Assembly (NCBI GenBank): GCA_030704615.1
Contig: CM060733.1
Location: 17,422,001 to 17,486,000 of the forward strand
Length of the DNA: 64,000 nt
Reading direction: 5' to 3'
Source of the DNA: Takakia lepidozioides
Lineage: Eukaryota > Plantae > Bryophyta
Position 1 is the first letter of the stretch. Each line of letters opens with the position of its first letter. This document shows, piece by piece, positions 13,600-27,500 of the stretch. The notes beneath the pieces are model-generated. The model worked only from the letters and a program-made list of their open reading frames with translations. It was not told the origin of the DNA and ran no database searches. The position numbers and the translations under genes are program-made.

Positions 13600-16500
13600 T
13601 TGGCCATCTATACACACGCCGAATCCTGGCGTGGGCCGTCCCTGTCGAGCTCTGGATTGTACAGTTCATCCGAAGTGCATTCCCTCCTTGTCTCGTTCCA
13701 CTTTTGAGTAGGTCGCCGCCTCTTCGGTGTTCCCCCAACGGTGTGTAGGATGCTTAGAGCTGTCCGTGTCCCATTGTTCGTCTTCTTGCTCTCAACAGTG
13801 GTCGTGTGGATGCGTGAAGCGGAATGGTTGTCTGGCGCACGTACAAGGTGCGCTGCAACACCATCCGAATCCTGCGGCGGTAGGGGCGTCGGCCTCACCT
13901 GATCTCAGATCGCATCCTGGTTCCACGGCACACCGTGGCGCCTCTGCACTTGTCTGTATGCCGTACTTGGGCTTTCCATACACGCAAGTCATAATGTCGT
14001 GCCTGCCGAACCAGAACTGGGTGTTGTTGCCTCCGCAAACTTTTGCATGGACCAAATCCTTCTGTAAGTGGAGCATGGACAGCCCCATCTGGATTCCTCC
14101 TTGCGCCTCTACTAAACAACGTTGCCGTGTATCCACACGAATTGCGGAACACCTTCCTCGAAACGACGGCTTTGTGCGAGCAATCTCCACTGTGAGGCAG
14201 ACACAGTCGTCTCCACAATGGCTTGGCCATACTGCATAACAGCGGGCGGAATGTGGGGCAAGGGAGCGGTGGGAATTTGTTGCACGAAAATCCCCGGTTG
14301 AAGGCGACGGCGATCTGGAATTTCTTGGGCTTCCACTGCTGGAAGACACTTGTGCGGCAACATGACGGACCTCGAGGTGCTTCCGAATTTCCTGTTCGGA
14401 TCTCCAGGAATCCTCTTCGCACCCCGGGGTTCCTCTTTCAATCCTCCGCCTGACGGGCGAGTCCGGACGTCCCCCTCTAGGTGTTCACCTCTGCGGTGCA
14501 GAGGCGTCCCTTTGATCTTCTCTCGCAATGCTGTCGCCCATATTCACTGGATTCTTGGACCTCGAAGCTGTTCGTACCAACAATTCCTCCCTGTCCGGCC
14601 AAAGCCCCATTGTTTGCCGCTCAGGAACTTGTAGTACGTGCTTGCTGCATGATTGCTCTGTCGATGTCCTCCGTTGTGGCCGTCACTACGTCCACCAGAT
14701 GTGCGGCAGAAGACGCTCGCCAGGAGGGGGAGTGGTGAGGAGTCTGACCGATCTTCCATATTCGTGTTCGGCATGTCCTTGTCGGAATCCCAAGCACCGC
14801 TCCTAGAAGGACACACAACGGTGAGGGACCAATCGAAATGTCCTTAACAGAAAGACAATGAACGAAAATGACAGCAGCCTACCTCCCCGCATTTACTGTC
14901 CGAAACTGTCGATACCGAAAATGCCACCACCCCCAACCAGCTATGCAATGCTCCCAGATTGTTGTCTCCACTGCACCTGACGTGTTCCACCAAGCCTCGA
15001 TGATAGCAAACTTAACCTCCGCGTCATCAAATGTGTGTGCATCCTTCCACGCCGTACAAAGGACAACGTGTTCAGCCTGGAATGAGCTAGCAACAAAATT
15101 TTGGTAGTGTAGTGGGATAGACTCTGCATCCAATGGAATCCACAGGATCTCTCTTTCCCCTCCATTGGAACATTGGGTCCTCACCGTACACACGCCCGCA
15201 CCGCTGTCCCAGTTGCCTGAGCGTTGTCTGCCATGAATCCCCTGAAATTGGGCTCTGGCAATCCCGCCCTTGCCATCTGCTCGTTTTGCCCTCCCACAGA
15301 TGCATCTCGGACTGTGTGTCCCTCCCCTTTCATCTCGCAGATTGCAATCGTCATGAGCCTCTTGGAGTGATAGTCATAAACATGCGCACCATAGTCACCC
15401 ACTGATGGTTTGTAATTCGCTGATGTGATCAAACATCACCCAAGCATTCGACAAGTTTCCAGTTGTCATGCGAGTGACCAAGTCGACTCCACTCCCAGGC
15501 CCACGTCGACATTTTGAAAATGTAACAACGATCGGATTCGCTGCCTTGCCCTGGAAACCTGCTACCTTGGATGTAATCATATCCAGTCATTCGTTTCACC
15601 TCCAGGATTGAGTACATGTCCGACCCCTGCCGAACTCCTGCCTTGCCAGATACGATGTGATTCTCGCACATTCGGACACAACGTGCGAGACGGACTCCAA
15701 GAGGTCCGCACTCTCGTTCGGGGTCAAGGGCTCCTCGGTCGAACCATCTTCTTAGACATGATTTTTGCCAGAGCAATCTTGTGGGCTGGCCTTCAGCTGA
15801 ATCTGCTTTGGTCTGGCTCCGTGGGCTCAATTTCACACTCCTCTTTATGATGTCGTTGTGCTTCCTGCACAGCCTCACGCATGTTGCCTCTCGCCAAGGG
15901 GTGGCAGTGGACCCCAACGTGTATGCAAGCTCTAGTCAAGTCCCGGGAGCAAATGGATTACGTCATATTTGCTTGGCTCTTCACATGGACATGCACGTCG
16001 GTGGTTCTTTGCAATGTGCACACTGAAAGAACCCGCAGGAGCTTGGCTGGAGAACAATGAATGGATGATGCGTTGTGCCAGTCCAATCCGGTCTCGTTTC
16101 TCTCCGCCCTCCTTTGGAGAGAAAGTGGAAGCAGGTGGATTGATGCACCTCAGCTTCCCCGCACAGAGGACATATCGTACACACACACCATCAGCAATTT
16201 TCGTGCTACTGGTCTCGTCACACACCAGGGGTGTCCCGTCATGCTTTTCGATCCCTGTCCTTAACATCCCGGAGGCTTTCTTTGACGAAAAACAGGTGGA
16301 AACTCGAAGATGACATGCCATCGACTTCGGGAGTCAGAAACGTTACCTTCTGCCTGGGAATTTGGCATAGTCGAGAGCAGCCAGCTCGGAGCGAGAACCA
16401 TCGGGTGATGTTTGTCGTAGGCTGCACAATGGACCGGGTTTGGAGTTATGCTCGAGGGCACATGCGTAGCACCTACAGAGACGTCCCTCCCGATTTGAAC

Positions 16501-17000
16501 ACCGTGTGGAGGACATGGTACCTCAATGCAATCATCTTTCCTCGTCGGAAATGTCGAATACGTCCACACGAGAAGCTATGGAGGGTCTTGACGGTCCAGG
16601 TCGGGAATGATTATCGTTGCATACCTCCTGTTTGCAGTGCCGCCTCTCGGTTTTCCGGACTCCTTTGTGGATGGTGTGGGCAGCGACTGATTTCGGAAGG
16701 GAATGGGCATTCCCACAGCACGGTACAGGATGGTGTCTGACGGGGGAACGTGCCATTCGATTCTGCAACCTCCGTCGTTTACCTACACGACAATGGTCTC
16801 GTCAACCTGTCCAGGAACATCCTTCCTTTCTTCTTCCAAATAAACTGTGCCCGTTTGAGCTTGAATTTGGAACAAAGGTAAGTTTCAGTCACTCTGCAAA
16901 GTCCCCCTCGTTTGGGATCCAGGGCTCTCCCCTAGTTGCGGAGGACAGCAAACTATAGCGTAGGAATTCGAGCCATCGAACACCGCACGGAGTTGGTCAA
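13600..17000 (-). pseudogene. MULE/Mutator-like transposase with N-terminal GCM/WRKY-like Cys/His domain (frameshifted)
   Basis: Frame pieces: RYVLCAGKLRCINP...CAHCKEPPTC (zinc domain); AWVMFDH and FRGFMADNAQA (first two catalytic Asp); ERSCGFHWMQS (Mutator CxxH motif); W-rich helix EAWWNTSGA...WWHFRY. Boundaries approximate. Confidence 0.75.
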
Positions 17001-17407
17001 GTGCGAGGTTCAGTATAGCGGAGACCCGGCTCACAGGCACCATCTAAGTGGATCTGCGGAGTCCATCGACAATTGGAAGTCGCACATTGAAGTGGAAAGT
17101 ATTGTTTTCAAGCTACCATGCATGAAAGGGGGAGGTTTGATTCCATAGCCAGTGAGTAGGACAATGATGGCCGATTCGGCGACGAAATAACATCTCTGAC
17201 AGTTTCTCCTGAGGGTGGATCCAGCAGTATTCTCGTTGCAGACAGGAACGTTCGCACTGACAAGTGCCAGGACTCTGTTAAAAACGGTCAGACAACCAAG
17301 TTGTGCTCATCAAGACTGGCCGCAATTGTGTTGTTTGCGGAACAATGCAAACCCATTGAGGTTCCAGATTTCCGTCACGAGTGATTCTGTTCGATTGCTG
17401 GTGGACG

Positions 17408-19160
17408 AAATACGGCGCCGCATTTCCGTATTGCATCTTGGTCATGCAAACTAGCGACGGAAATGCGGGCACCGAGTTTCCGGCCGGGGGAAACCTTTAT
17501 ACTCTCCAGAACGGAATGCGGTAACGCATTTCCATCCAGCAAGCACGGTATGTGAAGGTGGAACGGAAATGCGGTACCGCATTTCCGTTCTGATTGAGAT
17601 TTTTGAACAACGGGAACAGAATGCGGCACCGCATTTCCGTCCGAGTCGCACTTTTCGACATTCCAGAACAGGGAAAGGATGCGGCGCCGCATTTCCATTT
17701 TGTATCTGTGCATGGAGCTGAGGATAGAAATGCTGCAAACAAGAAGCACATTTCGTCCTTAAAGACATTCATACTCTCGAGACGGAATGCGGAACCGCAT
17801 TTTCATTCAACAAGCACGGTATGTGAAGGTGAACGATGCGGTACCCGCATTTCCCGTCTATTGAGAATTGATGAACAACGGGAACAGAAATGCGGCACCG
17901 CATTCCTTCAAAGAAGTCGCACTTTTGACATTCCATAAAGGAAAATGCGCGCCGCATTCCCATTTTGTATCTGATGCTGGAGCCGAGTAAGATTCCGACA
18001 GCTTCAATTACAGCGCAATTTTCCGACCGGTGGAGCCACGCACTATCCAGAACGGAAATGCGGCACCGCATTTCCGTTCTGACTGAAATCGTGAACTATC
18101 TGAACTGAAATGCGGCACCGTATTTCCATCCGAGTCGCACCTACCATCATTCCAGAACGGAAATGCGGCACCGCATTTCCGTTCTGACTGAAACGGTGAA
18201 CCATCGGAACTGAACAGCGGCACCGTATTTCCATCCGAGTCGCACCTCCCATCATTCCAGAACGGAAATGCGGGCACCGCATTTCCGTTCTGTGCTGAAA
18301 TCGTGAACCATCGGAACTGAAATGCGGCAGCGCATTTCCATCCGAGTCGCACCTCCCAACATTCCAGAACGGAATGTATTGAATTTAAAAGGGAAATGCG
18401 GCACCGCATTTCCGTTCTGATGAATATCCTGAAACATCGGAATTGAAATGCGGTACCGCATTTCCGTCGGAGTCCACCTCCGACATTCTCAAAACGGAAA
18501 TGCGGACACACCGCATTTCCGTTTTGTATGTGAGGCATGGAGCTTTGGAACGAAAATGCGGGAAGGCATTTCCGCCACAGCGTCAGACGTTCATACTCTA
18601 CAGAACGAAATGCGGTACCGATTTCCATTCTGACTGAAAATCGTGCGCAAACGGGACAGAAATGCGGCACCGCATTTCTGTTCGAGTCGCACCTCCGACA
18701 TTCTCCGACGGAAATGCGGCGCCGCATTTCCGTTTTGTATATTCGGCCTGGAGCTTTGCTACGGAAATGTGTTTCCGGCATTTCCATCCATGTGAGACCT
18801 TCAACCTTTCCAGACGGAAATGCGACACCGCATTTCTGTCCAGGTGAGACCTCTATACTTTCCCGAACGGATGTGGCACGGCATTTCCATTCCATTCAAC
18901 TAACGTATGTGAAGTGGGAACGGAAATGCGGCGCCGCATTTCCCTCTTGAATCTCATACATGGAGCTGTGGGACGGAAATGCGGCACGTACCGTATTTCC
19001 GTTCAACAACTAAGGTATGTGAAGGTGGAACGGAAATGGCGGTGCCGCATTTCTTCCAACAAGTACGGATGTGTAGCAGAGTGATCGTACTTAACGGAAA
19101 TGCGGCGCCGCATTCGCATTCTCTCGCTCCCAACCATCAGACGCTTGGGACGGAAATTCC
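17408..19160. repeat. Central palindrome array between the divergent transposase and ParB/MTase genes
   Basis: About 30 copies at ~52-54-bp spacing; spacers fall into a few recurring types. Confidence 0.95.
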
Positions 19161-19564
19161 TTGAAATGTGAACACGTTGGAGCAACGGAATTGCTGCACA
19201 TGTCGTCACTCTATCTGACTGAAGGGCATAAAGGCGGCGTCGGCCTGACCTGTTGGATAATGATGTTTTGAGTTTCGGACGGCGGGCGTACCCTCAACGA
19301 TTCGAATTTCGTAATGACGCAAACTCCACGAGGAGACACTTTCGTCCAACCTTTCGAACCCAAGTGGTGCATCACCGCCGTTTTCATCTACTTTTGTCGT
19401 GTCTCCTCGTCACCCCTCTCGTGCCCTTTCCATCTGCACTCTTTGCCCCTTTTCCCTCCCTCTCTCTGTTCTCTTATGCTCGAACCTTGAGAGGGGGGGA
19501 GTTCGTGCACCAGACAGGAGACCTCGTCGCAAAGCTCCGGAAATAATACTTCGGACGTAGGCCC

Positions 19565-21906
19565 ATGCCGAAGGGGAGGAAGCAGATGCCGTCTACAGGA
19601 GGAGATTGCCATCTCCGAGCAGCAGGCCACTCAGGCAACCCAGCCACCAGTGAGACTCCATGCGATCGGGCTGCGCGCAGCTGATCGAGCACCGAACCCC
19701 CCATTTTGCTTCTGTAATTCTTAGACTGAATGCTAGGAGACTTGATGCAGAACATGTTTGCATGCCTAACAGGAAAGGTGGACGTGCTGGAGGGATCGCA
19801 GGAATCCGAAGAGCCGCAGGAAGAGTCCGAGGAGCTAGCTGCAGCACGTACACCCACCCGATCCCCGAGCGCGGGTACTCCTCCTGCCGGGCCTAGCCCT
19901 GCGATTCAAAGACGCTTCTTCGAAGGGCAAGTTCAACAAAGTCTCAGAGATCGACTCGCGTTCTTCGATCATGGAGAATCGCCAGCAGGGGTCGGGCCCT
20001 TCTCCAGCAAAGTCGAGAAGAAGCAGCCCGTCCCTCGACTGGCTTCTGAACCGGCTCAGGCCGATTCACCCCCCCCAACGCGAATGAAGCAGCAGGGTAG
20101 AAGACAGATTCTATTGCAGCAGACACCTTCACCTGCAAGGATGAGGAAGCAGAAGGCAATCAGGGCGACGGGCGAACAATCTCCCGCAAAACCGCTTCCA
20201 CGAGCTGAAGCTCAGTTCCTGGAGGATTTCCCGCCTGCAGATGTTTGGCCGACTCTGCTGCAGCGAAGGCAATGGGATCGACCGTTGATCTCGATTTGGT
20301 ACCGGAGGAGGGTGCTGCTACCGCTGAACGTTCGCAGGCAGACCTCACCACCGATGAGCTAGCAGGCCCGGAGGAGGCCTCTGCAGTGGCTATTGCCCGC
20401 ACACAGGCCCCAGAGTGCAGCTCCAGTTGAGGATGCTCCACCTGCTCAGCCACTACCGGCACCTACAGACATGTCTCCGGGATTTTTTCAAAAGTTGCAA
20501 GCGGATAAAATGTTGGAGGAGACACACAGTAGCATTGGCAGAGTTCTGGGCATCAGGGTATTCCAGCGACTCTTCGAATCCCACTCTGTCGCATGGTCTC
20601 CCTTCCCATCGTCAGGCAGGCCCTTCCCGGAGATGTGGATAAGCTCAAGTTCGCATTTCGAGAAGGGTACCGTCTGGGATCGGCAGCGTTTTACGTTTCC
20701 ATAGAGAATGAGGACGGCGAACCCGTGGACCCCTGCCGATGAATTGTCAACGTGGGATACCCACTGGCACACTCGCAACCACGAATTCGAGGCGACGCTG
20801 AAGGGTGATCCCGACTTCGGCCATATGTCGGGAAAATGTTCCTTGTGTGGGACGGGAATCACCGACTTCTCGTCGCCTGGTGGGAGTACATCAAGCAGAA
20901 CCATGCCAAGCACATTGGCTGGCATTACATGGTGGAGTGTGTCATCCTGAAGGTGAAGGCGGCAGACTCCTCCCTCCTCAAGAATGCCATGGCGGACCAT
21001 CAACTCGTAAGATACTCATACCCTCCCTAGCACATTCGAAATGCGGTGCCGCATTTCGGTTTCCATTCTGGTTTGATTCCGTGCTTCCGTGTACTGAACT
21101 GGAGAGTGTGCCTTGCAGGGTCACTGAGAATGCGTACGTGCATACCCACATGGCACATATGCTATACAGGGTGAGGAAAACTGTCTTACTGATCCGCAGA
21201 TGTTTTGCGGAAATGCGGGAGCCGGGCTCATTCAGAAAGCCGTTGCAAAAACAGACCGGACATGGTATCGTCTCACTATGGATGGAATGGTGGAGGTGAT
21301 ATACGAAGTAAGTCGTGCTCCAATTTCCCTCTGCTCATCCTTCCCCAATTTCCAGTAATGTTTCCACATGAATCGAATGTAACGCTTCTGCATGTTTTTG
21401 TTGGCAGTCAAACATCAAGCTGGATTTGGCCCATGCCAAACGCTTCTTCATGGAAAGTGAGGGGCAGGTCAAAACGTTGCAGTCATTGACTGAGCACTTG
21501 AAGGAAGCCGGTGTCAAGTCCAGAACCAAATACAAGTCACAAGTCCCTTCCTAGTTATGCAGCTAAACTCGCAAATACAACTATTAGAAGAAGTGAGAAT
21601 CCCAGTAAAGTAGAGCAGATTTTGGAGAGGGCTAGGGAGGACAGAAGGATAAGGAAAGAGTTGGCAGCAGCTCAGACAGGTAGACGGGTACGAAAGTACA
21701 TATGTGATTCAGCGGATGAGAGCGACGCAGACAGGGAGGAGGACGACCCAACGGAGGTGAGATGGACAGTTCCGCAAGGGGAAGATGGGATTTTCGAAAG
21801 CCTGGCCAACGAGCAGTCCGCTGGAGATGAGAGAGGCACTGAGGGGGTGGAGGAGGAGCAGGACAGTCTAGAACAGGATGAGGATTCCGATGATTTTCAA
21901 GATTAA
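19565..21906 (+). pseudogene. ParB-like/MTase gene of M, internally deleted copy
   Basis: Same as 917-3250; VWDGNHRL at ~20845-20870; same deletion junction at ~21540. Confidence 0.8.
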
Positions 21907-22095
21907 TAGAATTTTAATGAAGTCTCTGTAAATGTAAATTCTCTTCCAGAGTATATAAAGAAAATTCTGCCCGACATTCGTGACCCCTCTCCAGTGTGCA
22001 TTCCAGCCACACAATCGCCCAAACCAGGACGCTCCCAAAATCAGAAATGGGTCAGGGCATTTCCAAAATTTTGGCAACTCTAAGAACCTCTTTTG

Positions 22096-22876
22096 GAAAT
22101 GCGGCACCGCATTTCCAAAACAGGGGAGGGACTAATTTTTCCATTTCAATGTTGGCATAGTAAAAAGTAATCTGAATTGGGAATGCGGTGCCGCATTTCC
22201 AAAATTTCCTTTGTCCACACGCCAGTTTTGGCCTCTCCCGCTCATTGCATGGATGCCACCACGCTTACAGAGGTCGAACAAGGAGGTCGAACAAGGAGGC
22301 CGACATGGCGGGATTGGAAATGCGGTGCCGCATTTCCATATTGGGGATGGTGGTTGTTCGAACTGCAGACCCATCAGCAAAACTGGCACCGCATTCCATT
22401 GTAAAAAAAAGTCGATGACGGACATGGAAATGCGGCGCCGCATTTTCCAGAACGGACATCGCAATTTGTCAATTTGCAGACCCTCTCTCGGAAATGCGGT
22501 AACGCATTCCATCGCGCTGGTCGGAAATAGGTGCACTTTTCGAAGTGTTGGACGGAAATGCGGCACCGCATTCCCTTTGTCCAAAAAGAAGTTTCCATTG
22601 CCAAGCTGGAAATGCGTCGCCGCATTTGCAATGCACAACCTCGTTTTTTCTGATCAATTTATAGACCCGTGTTGGTATTTCGTGTACCTGGACGGAAATG
22701 ATGCACCGCATTTTCTTGTCCCACATGGAAATGCGGCCGCATTTCGATGTCCGACATGGAAATGCGGTGCCGCATTTCGATGTCTGACATGGAAATGCTG
22801 TGCCGCATTTCGATGCGGACATGGAAATGCGGCACCGCATTTCGATCCCGACATGGAAATGCGGCGCCGCATTTCG
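22096..22876. repeat. Right palindrome array with five 32-33-bp tandem units
   Basis: Direct inspection; tandem units at ~22724-22888. Confidence 0.9.
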
Positions 22877-23313
22877 ATGCCGACATGGCGTTACTCTGGT
22901 ATATTCTTGACACATGACTCACATACCGGTTACTCTGCTTTATTCACCAGACAGACAAATTGTAGAAATGAGACATCAAATTGTAAACAGTGGGCCAAAT
23001 CCGAGAGTTATTCAACACAATGAAACACAGTCATACAGAAGTGAGGTACATTCCAGGGCACACTCCAGGGCACATTTAAATTTCCCCCCTACAGGATCCT
23101 GGACCGATGAAGATTGGCTGCTGCATGAATGTAGCCGTTTCAGTTTCCTACCCTGCCATGCAAACTATGGGCAGTCACTGCCAGGTGGGCCGATAGCCAC
23201 TGGACACGACGAAGTCCATCCCCTCTTCGATGTAAATGCGGCGCCGAATTTCCATCCGGGGGATGGACTTCGGTGGCAGATCTCAAACTATAACTTGTTG
23301 ATGAGAAAGATGT

Positions 23314-24063
23314 ATGGCTTCATCCACCGCTGGCGTGATGAACACGTTCCACCTCCGTCGGTGGGTACGTGTGACCCAGATGCTCCATTTTGGAGGCGGA
23401 CTGCTCTTCCGCTTCGTATCTTTTCCAAAATCTAAGGGCTTCGTAGCTGTCCGCAAGGTCATCGGCATCCAAGTCGTCCTCAGGTCCTCCTTTGCAAGGA
23501 TGCCGTGCTTCCGGAACCGGGACGACTGCCCCTTTGGAGGCATCGATTATGCAATGTATTCGGCCACATCGGGAGACATTGTTATCTTGTACACAGATTA
23601 CACAGAAGATACTGGTTCGATTGTGGAAACATTGGTGGCTTTTGAGTATATCGTAGGCCACTACGCCTTCGAGCGGGGTGACGATCTTGGTTTGAGGAGT
23701 CCGTGGCTCCTGCGCATCCTCGATTCCGATTTTCCCAGCTACGACGGTCACCCATGCAGAAGAAGGCGCACTGCTATGCTGTTGCGGTGGAACTGCTGCC
23801 ACTGGACGTGGGTGGACTCCATCGGAGAGACCTATTCTCCTCGAGGAGTGCGCTCCTCTTCTCCATTGTATGGGGACATTCGCATTGGTGTGGACGACGA
23901 AAACGTGAAGATTTCCATATTCGATGGTGGTATGATTGAAGGGCAGGACATTGTGGTGAACATCACTAGGGGCGGTACAACGGCTGCAATCGACTTTACA
24001 TGGAGGAGCCCCAGGACTCATGAGCTAGTTCTGAGAGCAGTCGAAGTCCCATTGACAACGTGA
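23314..24063 (+). CDS. Orphan ORF3 of M, unknown function
   Basis: 249-aa open frame, also open for 224 aa in copy 3 (55770-56444); AATAAA downstream. An antisense ORF of similar length also exists, so the coding strand is uncertain. Confidence 0.45.
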   Translation: MASSTAGVMNTFHLRRWVRVTQMLHFGGGLLFRFVSFPKSKGFVAVRKVIGIQVVLRSSFARMPCFRNRDDCPFGGIDYAMYSATSGDIVILYTDYTEDTGSIVETLVAFEYIVGHYAFERGDDLGLRSPWLLRILDSDFPSYDGHPCRRRRTAMLLRWNCCHWTWVDSIGETYSPRGVRSSSPLYGDIRIGVDDENVKISIFDGGMIEGQDIVVNITRGGTTAAIDFTWRSPRTHELVLRAVEVPLTT

Positions 24064-24527
24064 CTTGTATTCAGTAGGCACAGGGCTCAAGATTTGAGGG
24101 CACAATCAGCACAGTAGACGTGCTTCAAATGCAATTCATGTGGATCAATAAAAACCTCATTGTGCCCTCTTTTTATTCTATTCTGTGTCCATTGTTCCGA
24201 GAATGCGTCATTGCTCATTTCGTTTGGGATTGGGAGTGTGGGTGAATTTTGCAAATGGCTGGTAGGCTGAAATGGGCCCCCATTGTACAGAGCAGTACCA
24301 CCCTACCATTCGCGAAACATTGCCTTTCAATATATAATTCTAAATAACATTGCCGAACCTCCTTCATCGGGAGGTCCTTCTCCCCCTATGACCGTGGCAC
24401 ACCCTAAACCCTATTCCCGCGGACACTCATTTCCGGAAAAAGTGCTGCTCATGTTTTTTTCCACACTTACGACTCTGCTCATGGCTCATGCCGCTCATGG
24501 CTCATGGCTCATGAAATAGCAGCCCCC

Positions 24528-27500
24528 CCTGCTCCCACTCTGGGGTGCAGCAAATATGGTAGCTTCCTGCTCTCTCATCCAGTCCTCCTCTCCAGTCATA
24601 CTCTCTGAACCTCGAGTCTTCTTGTAGCGGGTAATCTACTAGATTTCTTTGTGGTAATTTGTATCTCGTGTATCCCATTATGCACGGTTAATAACTGAGA
24701 ATTCCAGTCATGGAATACCCTGGCCTGTTTCAGCCACGGACGTCCCAATAATAAGGAGTAAGCCTCCATGACTTCATCCATTTTTAATACAGTTACTGTG
24801 ATCATAAAGATCATTTTTTGTATCTGTATCTTTAACTCCTCTTATTAATCCCAATGGCTGCACACTTCTTTGATCTGTCCATTGTTTACTGTAAATGGGG
24901 CTGGTTTCATGTTACTTAGACCAAGCTTCTTCCTTAATTGGTCTGTCATGATATTTACTCCAGAACCACCATCTATCAGTACATCAGTTAGTTCTGTGCT
25001 TCCAATTCTCAATTGGATTACTGGCATAGAATCATCGAAGTCCATGACTGGTTCTCTCGCCCTTCCGGCTTCACATTATAACTGGTCACCTTGCTGTTCA
25101 GGTCTGTGTTTCCTGTCTCTTGGGCAATTCGATTGATTGCCTGATACAGCCTGTGCCTACAATAAGGTGCCACAGCTAATAGCTGTCCAATGGTAATTTC
25201 TGCTTTGGTCTGACATATTACTGCAGCCAAAGTCTCTTCATTACTTTGCATGTCTGCATCTTTTTTTTTCCTTTCTTCCTCACTCCCTTCTTTTTCTCCA
25301 TCCGAATCAGAGGAATCTGCCACAGGAATATCAGTACTCTTTTGCATTTCCCTTATAGTATCTGCCACTTCCCTTGTGCAGTTCCTTCTCATCTTTCCAA
25401 GTCTCTTCATCTTCAGGCATATCATTGCCACTTCCATTCTCATCTTCTTCCTCTTCTACTGGAGGTATTAGTTTGGCTTTACTTCTTGTTACTATCATTG
25501 TACTTACTTCTGGTACAACACATGGCCTAACCATGTGAGCTGCCACCCACTGGGCCCTCATTCACAGGAGCTCTCATCTCATTCTGGTGTCTTATCCAGA
25601 ATGAACAGGCTGCCTTGCGATGTCCTGGCTGATTACAATAGTAACATAGCTCTTCACCATTGGGTCCTCGCCCTTGGTCTGTTCTTGGATTATTTCTATA
25701 ATCCTGATTCCCGGGCTGGTAATTCCCCCTTGATTACCCTGATAGTTGCCTCTGGAATTTCCTTGGTAATTCCCTCTTGAATTACCTCTCCCTTCCATGT
25801 GCCATTGTTATACACCACCAGACCTACCATAGTGGTCCTGATCATTATTTCTTCTTGGCTGGGCTGCTGCTGCACCTGATGCACCCTTACTTGCCTAGGT
25901 TCTCTTGCAGCTGTCCTTCTGTTGTAGTAACAATTCTCAGTAGAATGGTTATCCATTTTACAGATAGTACAGTGTTTCTCCTTCATGTGGCATTCTGTGG
26001 TGGTATGGCCTTCATTCTGGCACTTTGCACACCATACACCCTTCCTCCAATGTGTTGCAGCCTCTGTGGCATACTTCTTCAAGATTTCTTCCAATTTTTT
26101 TTCATAGTTATCCCTCTTCAACTTCTCCTTTCCTCTTACTCTTTCTTTTTAGTTCTTGCTCTTCTCTTCATCTGACTCATCCTCAGAGCCCTCATCTTCT
26201 TTTTCTCTCTCCTGAGCATTCCCATTGCTCAATTCTGTGTTCGCAGTTTTCAAATGCCTCCTCCACTGTATTATGGGGTAACATATCCACTTTCTTTTGC
26301 AACTCTGGTCTTAATCACTCACAAACCAAGTCTTCTGTAAATCGGGCGCTGGTACTGCAGCCAGCTTTTTCATCATCAATTCCATCTTCTTCTCCATATA
26401 CTCTTCAACAGTTTCATGCTTCTTCTTCTTCAGCTTCAGCTGTTGTAAACTTCCATACACTTCATCCTCAGTTTTACTTGTCCTGAACCTATTTCGAAAT
26501 GCTGTATTCAAGCCATTCCAGGTTAGGAAATGATTATCAGGGAACTTGCATACCATTCACTTGCTTTCTTGATAAGTGAACAAGGAAACAGTCTCATTTG
26601 GCATCATCGCCATTCTCATTGTTCACTATACACATGTGCTCAAATTGGCTAATGTGTACATCGGAATCCCCTTTTCCTGAATATATTGGAAAGGGTGGTT
26701 TTTTGCCCGTGTTGGTTGTAACGCCATATGTGGCCCTACCTTCTGCCCACTGACAGGTGCTGGTCCTTCTGGACCTGTTGTTTTTGTGGTGGATCTTCCA
26801 CCAAGTGGTGGCCCTTGAGCACTCCTTGCTTCTGGTCCCACGATATTCACAGTATTCCCCCTTCAGTTGCACTACTTCCCACACTCCTGTCCCCCCAGAG
26901 CCAGATCCAGGCAGCCCGCCTGATCCCCCTGAGCCGACACCTTCGTTGGTCTGTGATCCAAGTGCTCCACTTGATCCAAGTCCAACGGGTTGGGATGTCC
27001 TGGTTGTAGTCTCAACCTCAGCTGTTGGGTCTACTTCTTCATATTCTTCCTTCTCTCTTCTAATTTCTTCTCTCTGTTTTCATCCTCCAAGTTCTGCCCT
27101 TGGGTTTCTTCTTCACTCATGTAACTCAACTGTAATGGTGTTGGAGAGTCTGAACTCTCCGTTGGCTCTGCCACATCCTCTTCTCCTTCTCCATCTTCTG
27201 CTTCAGAAACTGGAGTTCCTGCTTTTGGTGTTCCATGCCAACTCTTATCAAAGATTTCTGTCAAGTCTTTTATCCAAGGATGTACCTCAGATCTTTCACC
27301 TCGTGATTGATCTTCTTTCTTCCTGTACCAATTCCCTTAATCTTTCTTGCAAAGAAACAGAAGGAGTGGCATCCAACTCTAGTTCTTCGGTATAGGTGAT
27401 GCACTTTTTGATCTTGATGGTGTGAGAGGTCCAGATGATTCCCCTATGTCTATTCCTCTCTCCCAAAGATATGGATAATTAGCTTTCAGATAGCTTTCTC

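Larger units (their letters stand above)
13536..24527 (+). mobile_element. Mutator-like DNA transposon M, copy 2 (transposase, central array, deleted ParB/MTase gene, ORF3, right terminus)
   Basis: The palindrome array runs continuously from the transposase 5' region into sequence shared with copies 1 and 3; terminus ...GAAATAGCAGCCCCC at 24527. Confidence 0.8.

Noticed and set aside
12893-13607. Long ORFs full of X
   Set aside because: Artefacts of the 500-N gap.
17408-19160. CRISPR array (palindromic 22-28-bp repeats with constant ~31-bp spacers; also 27-525 and 63420-63985)
   Set aside because: Spacers are not unique but fall into a few mutually related types, the repeats are degenerate, the same motif occurs singly in introns, there are no cas genes and the context is a eukaryotic transposon.
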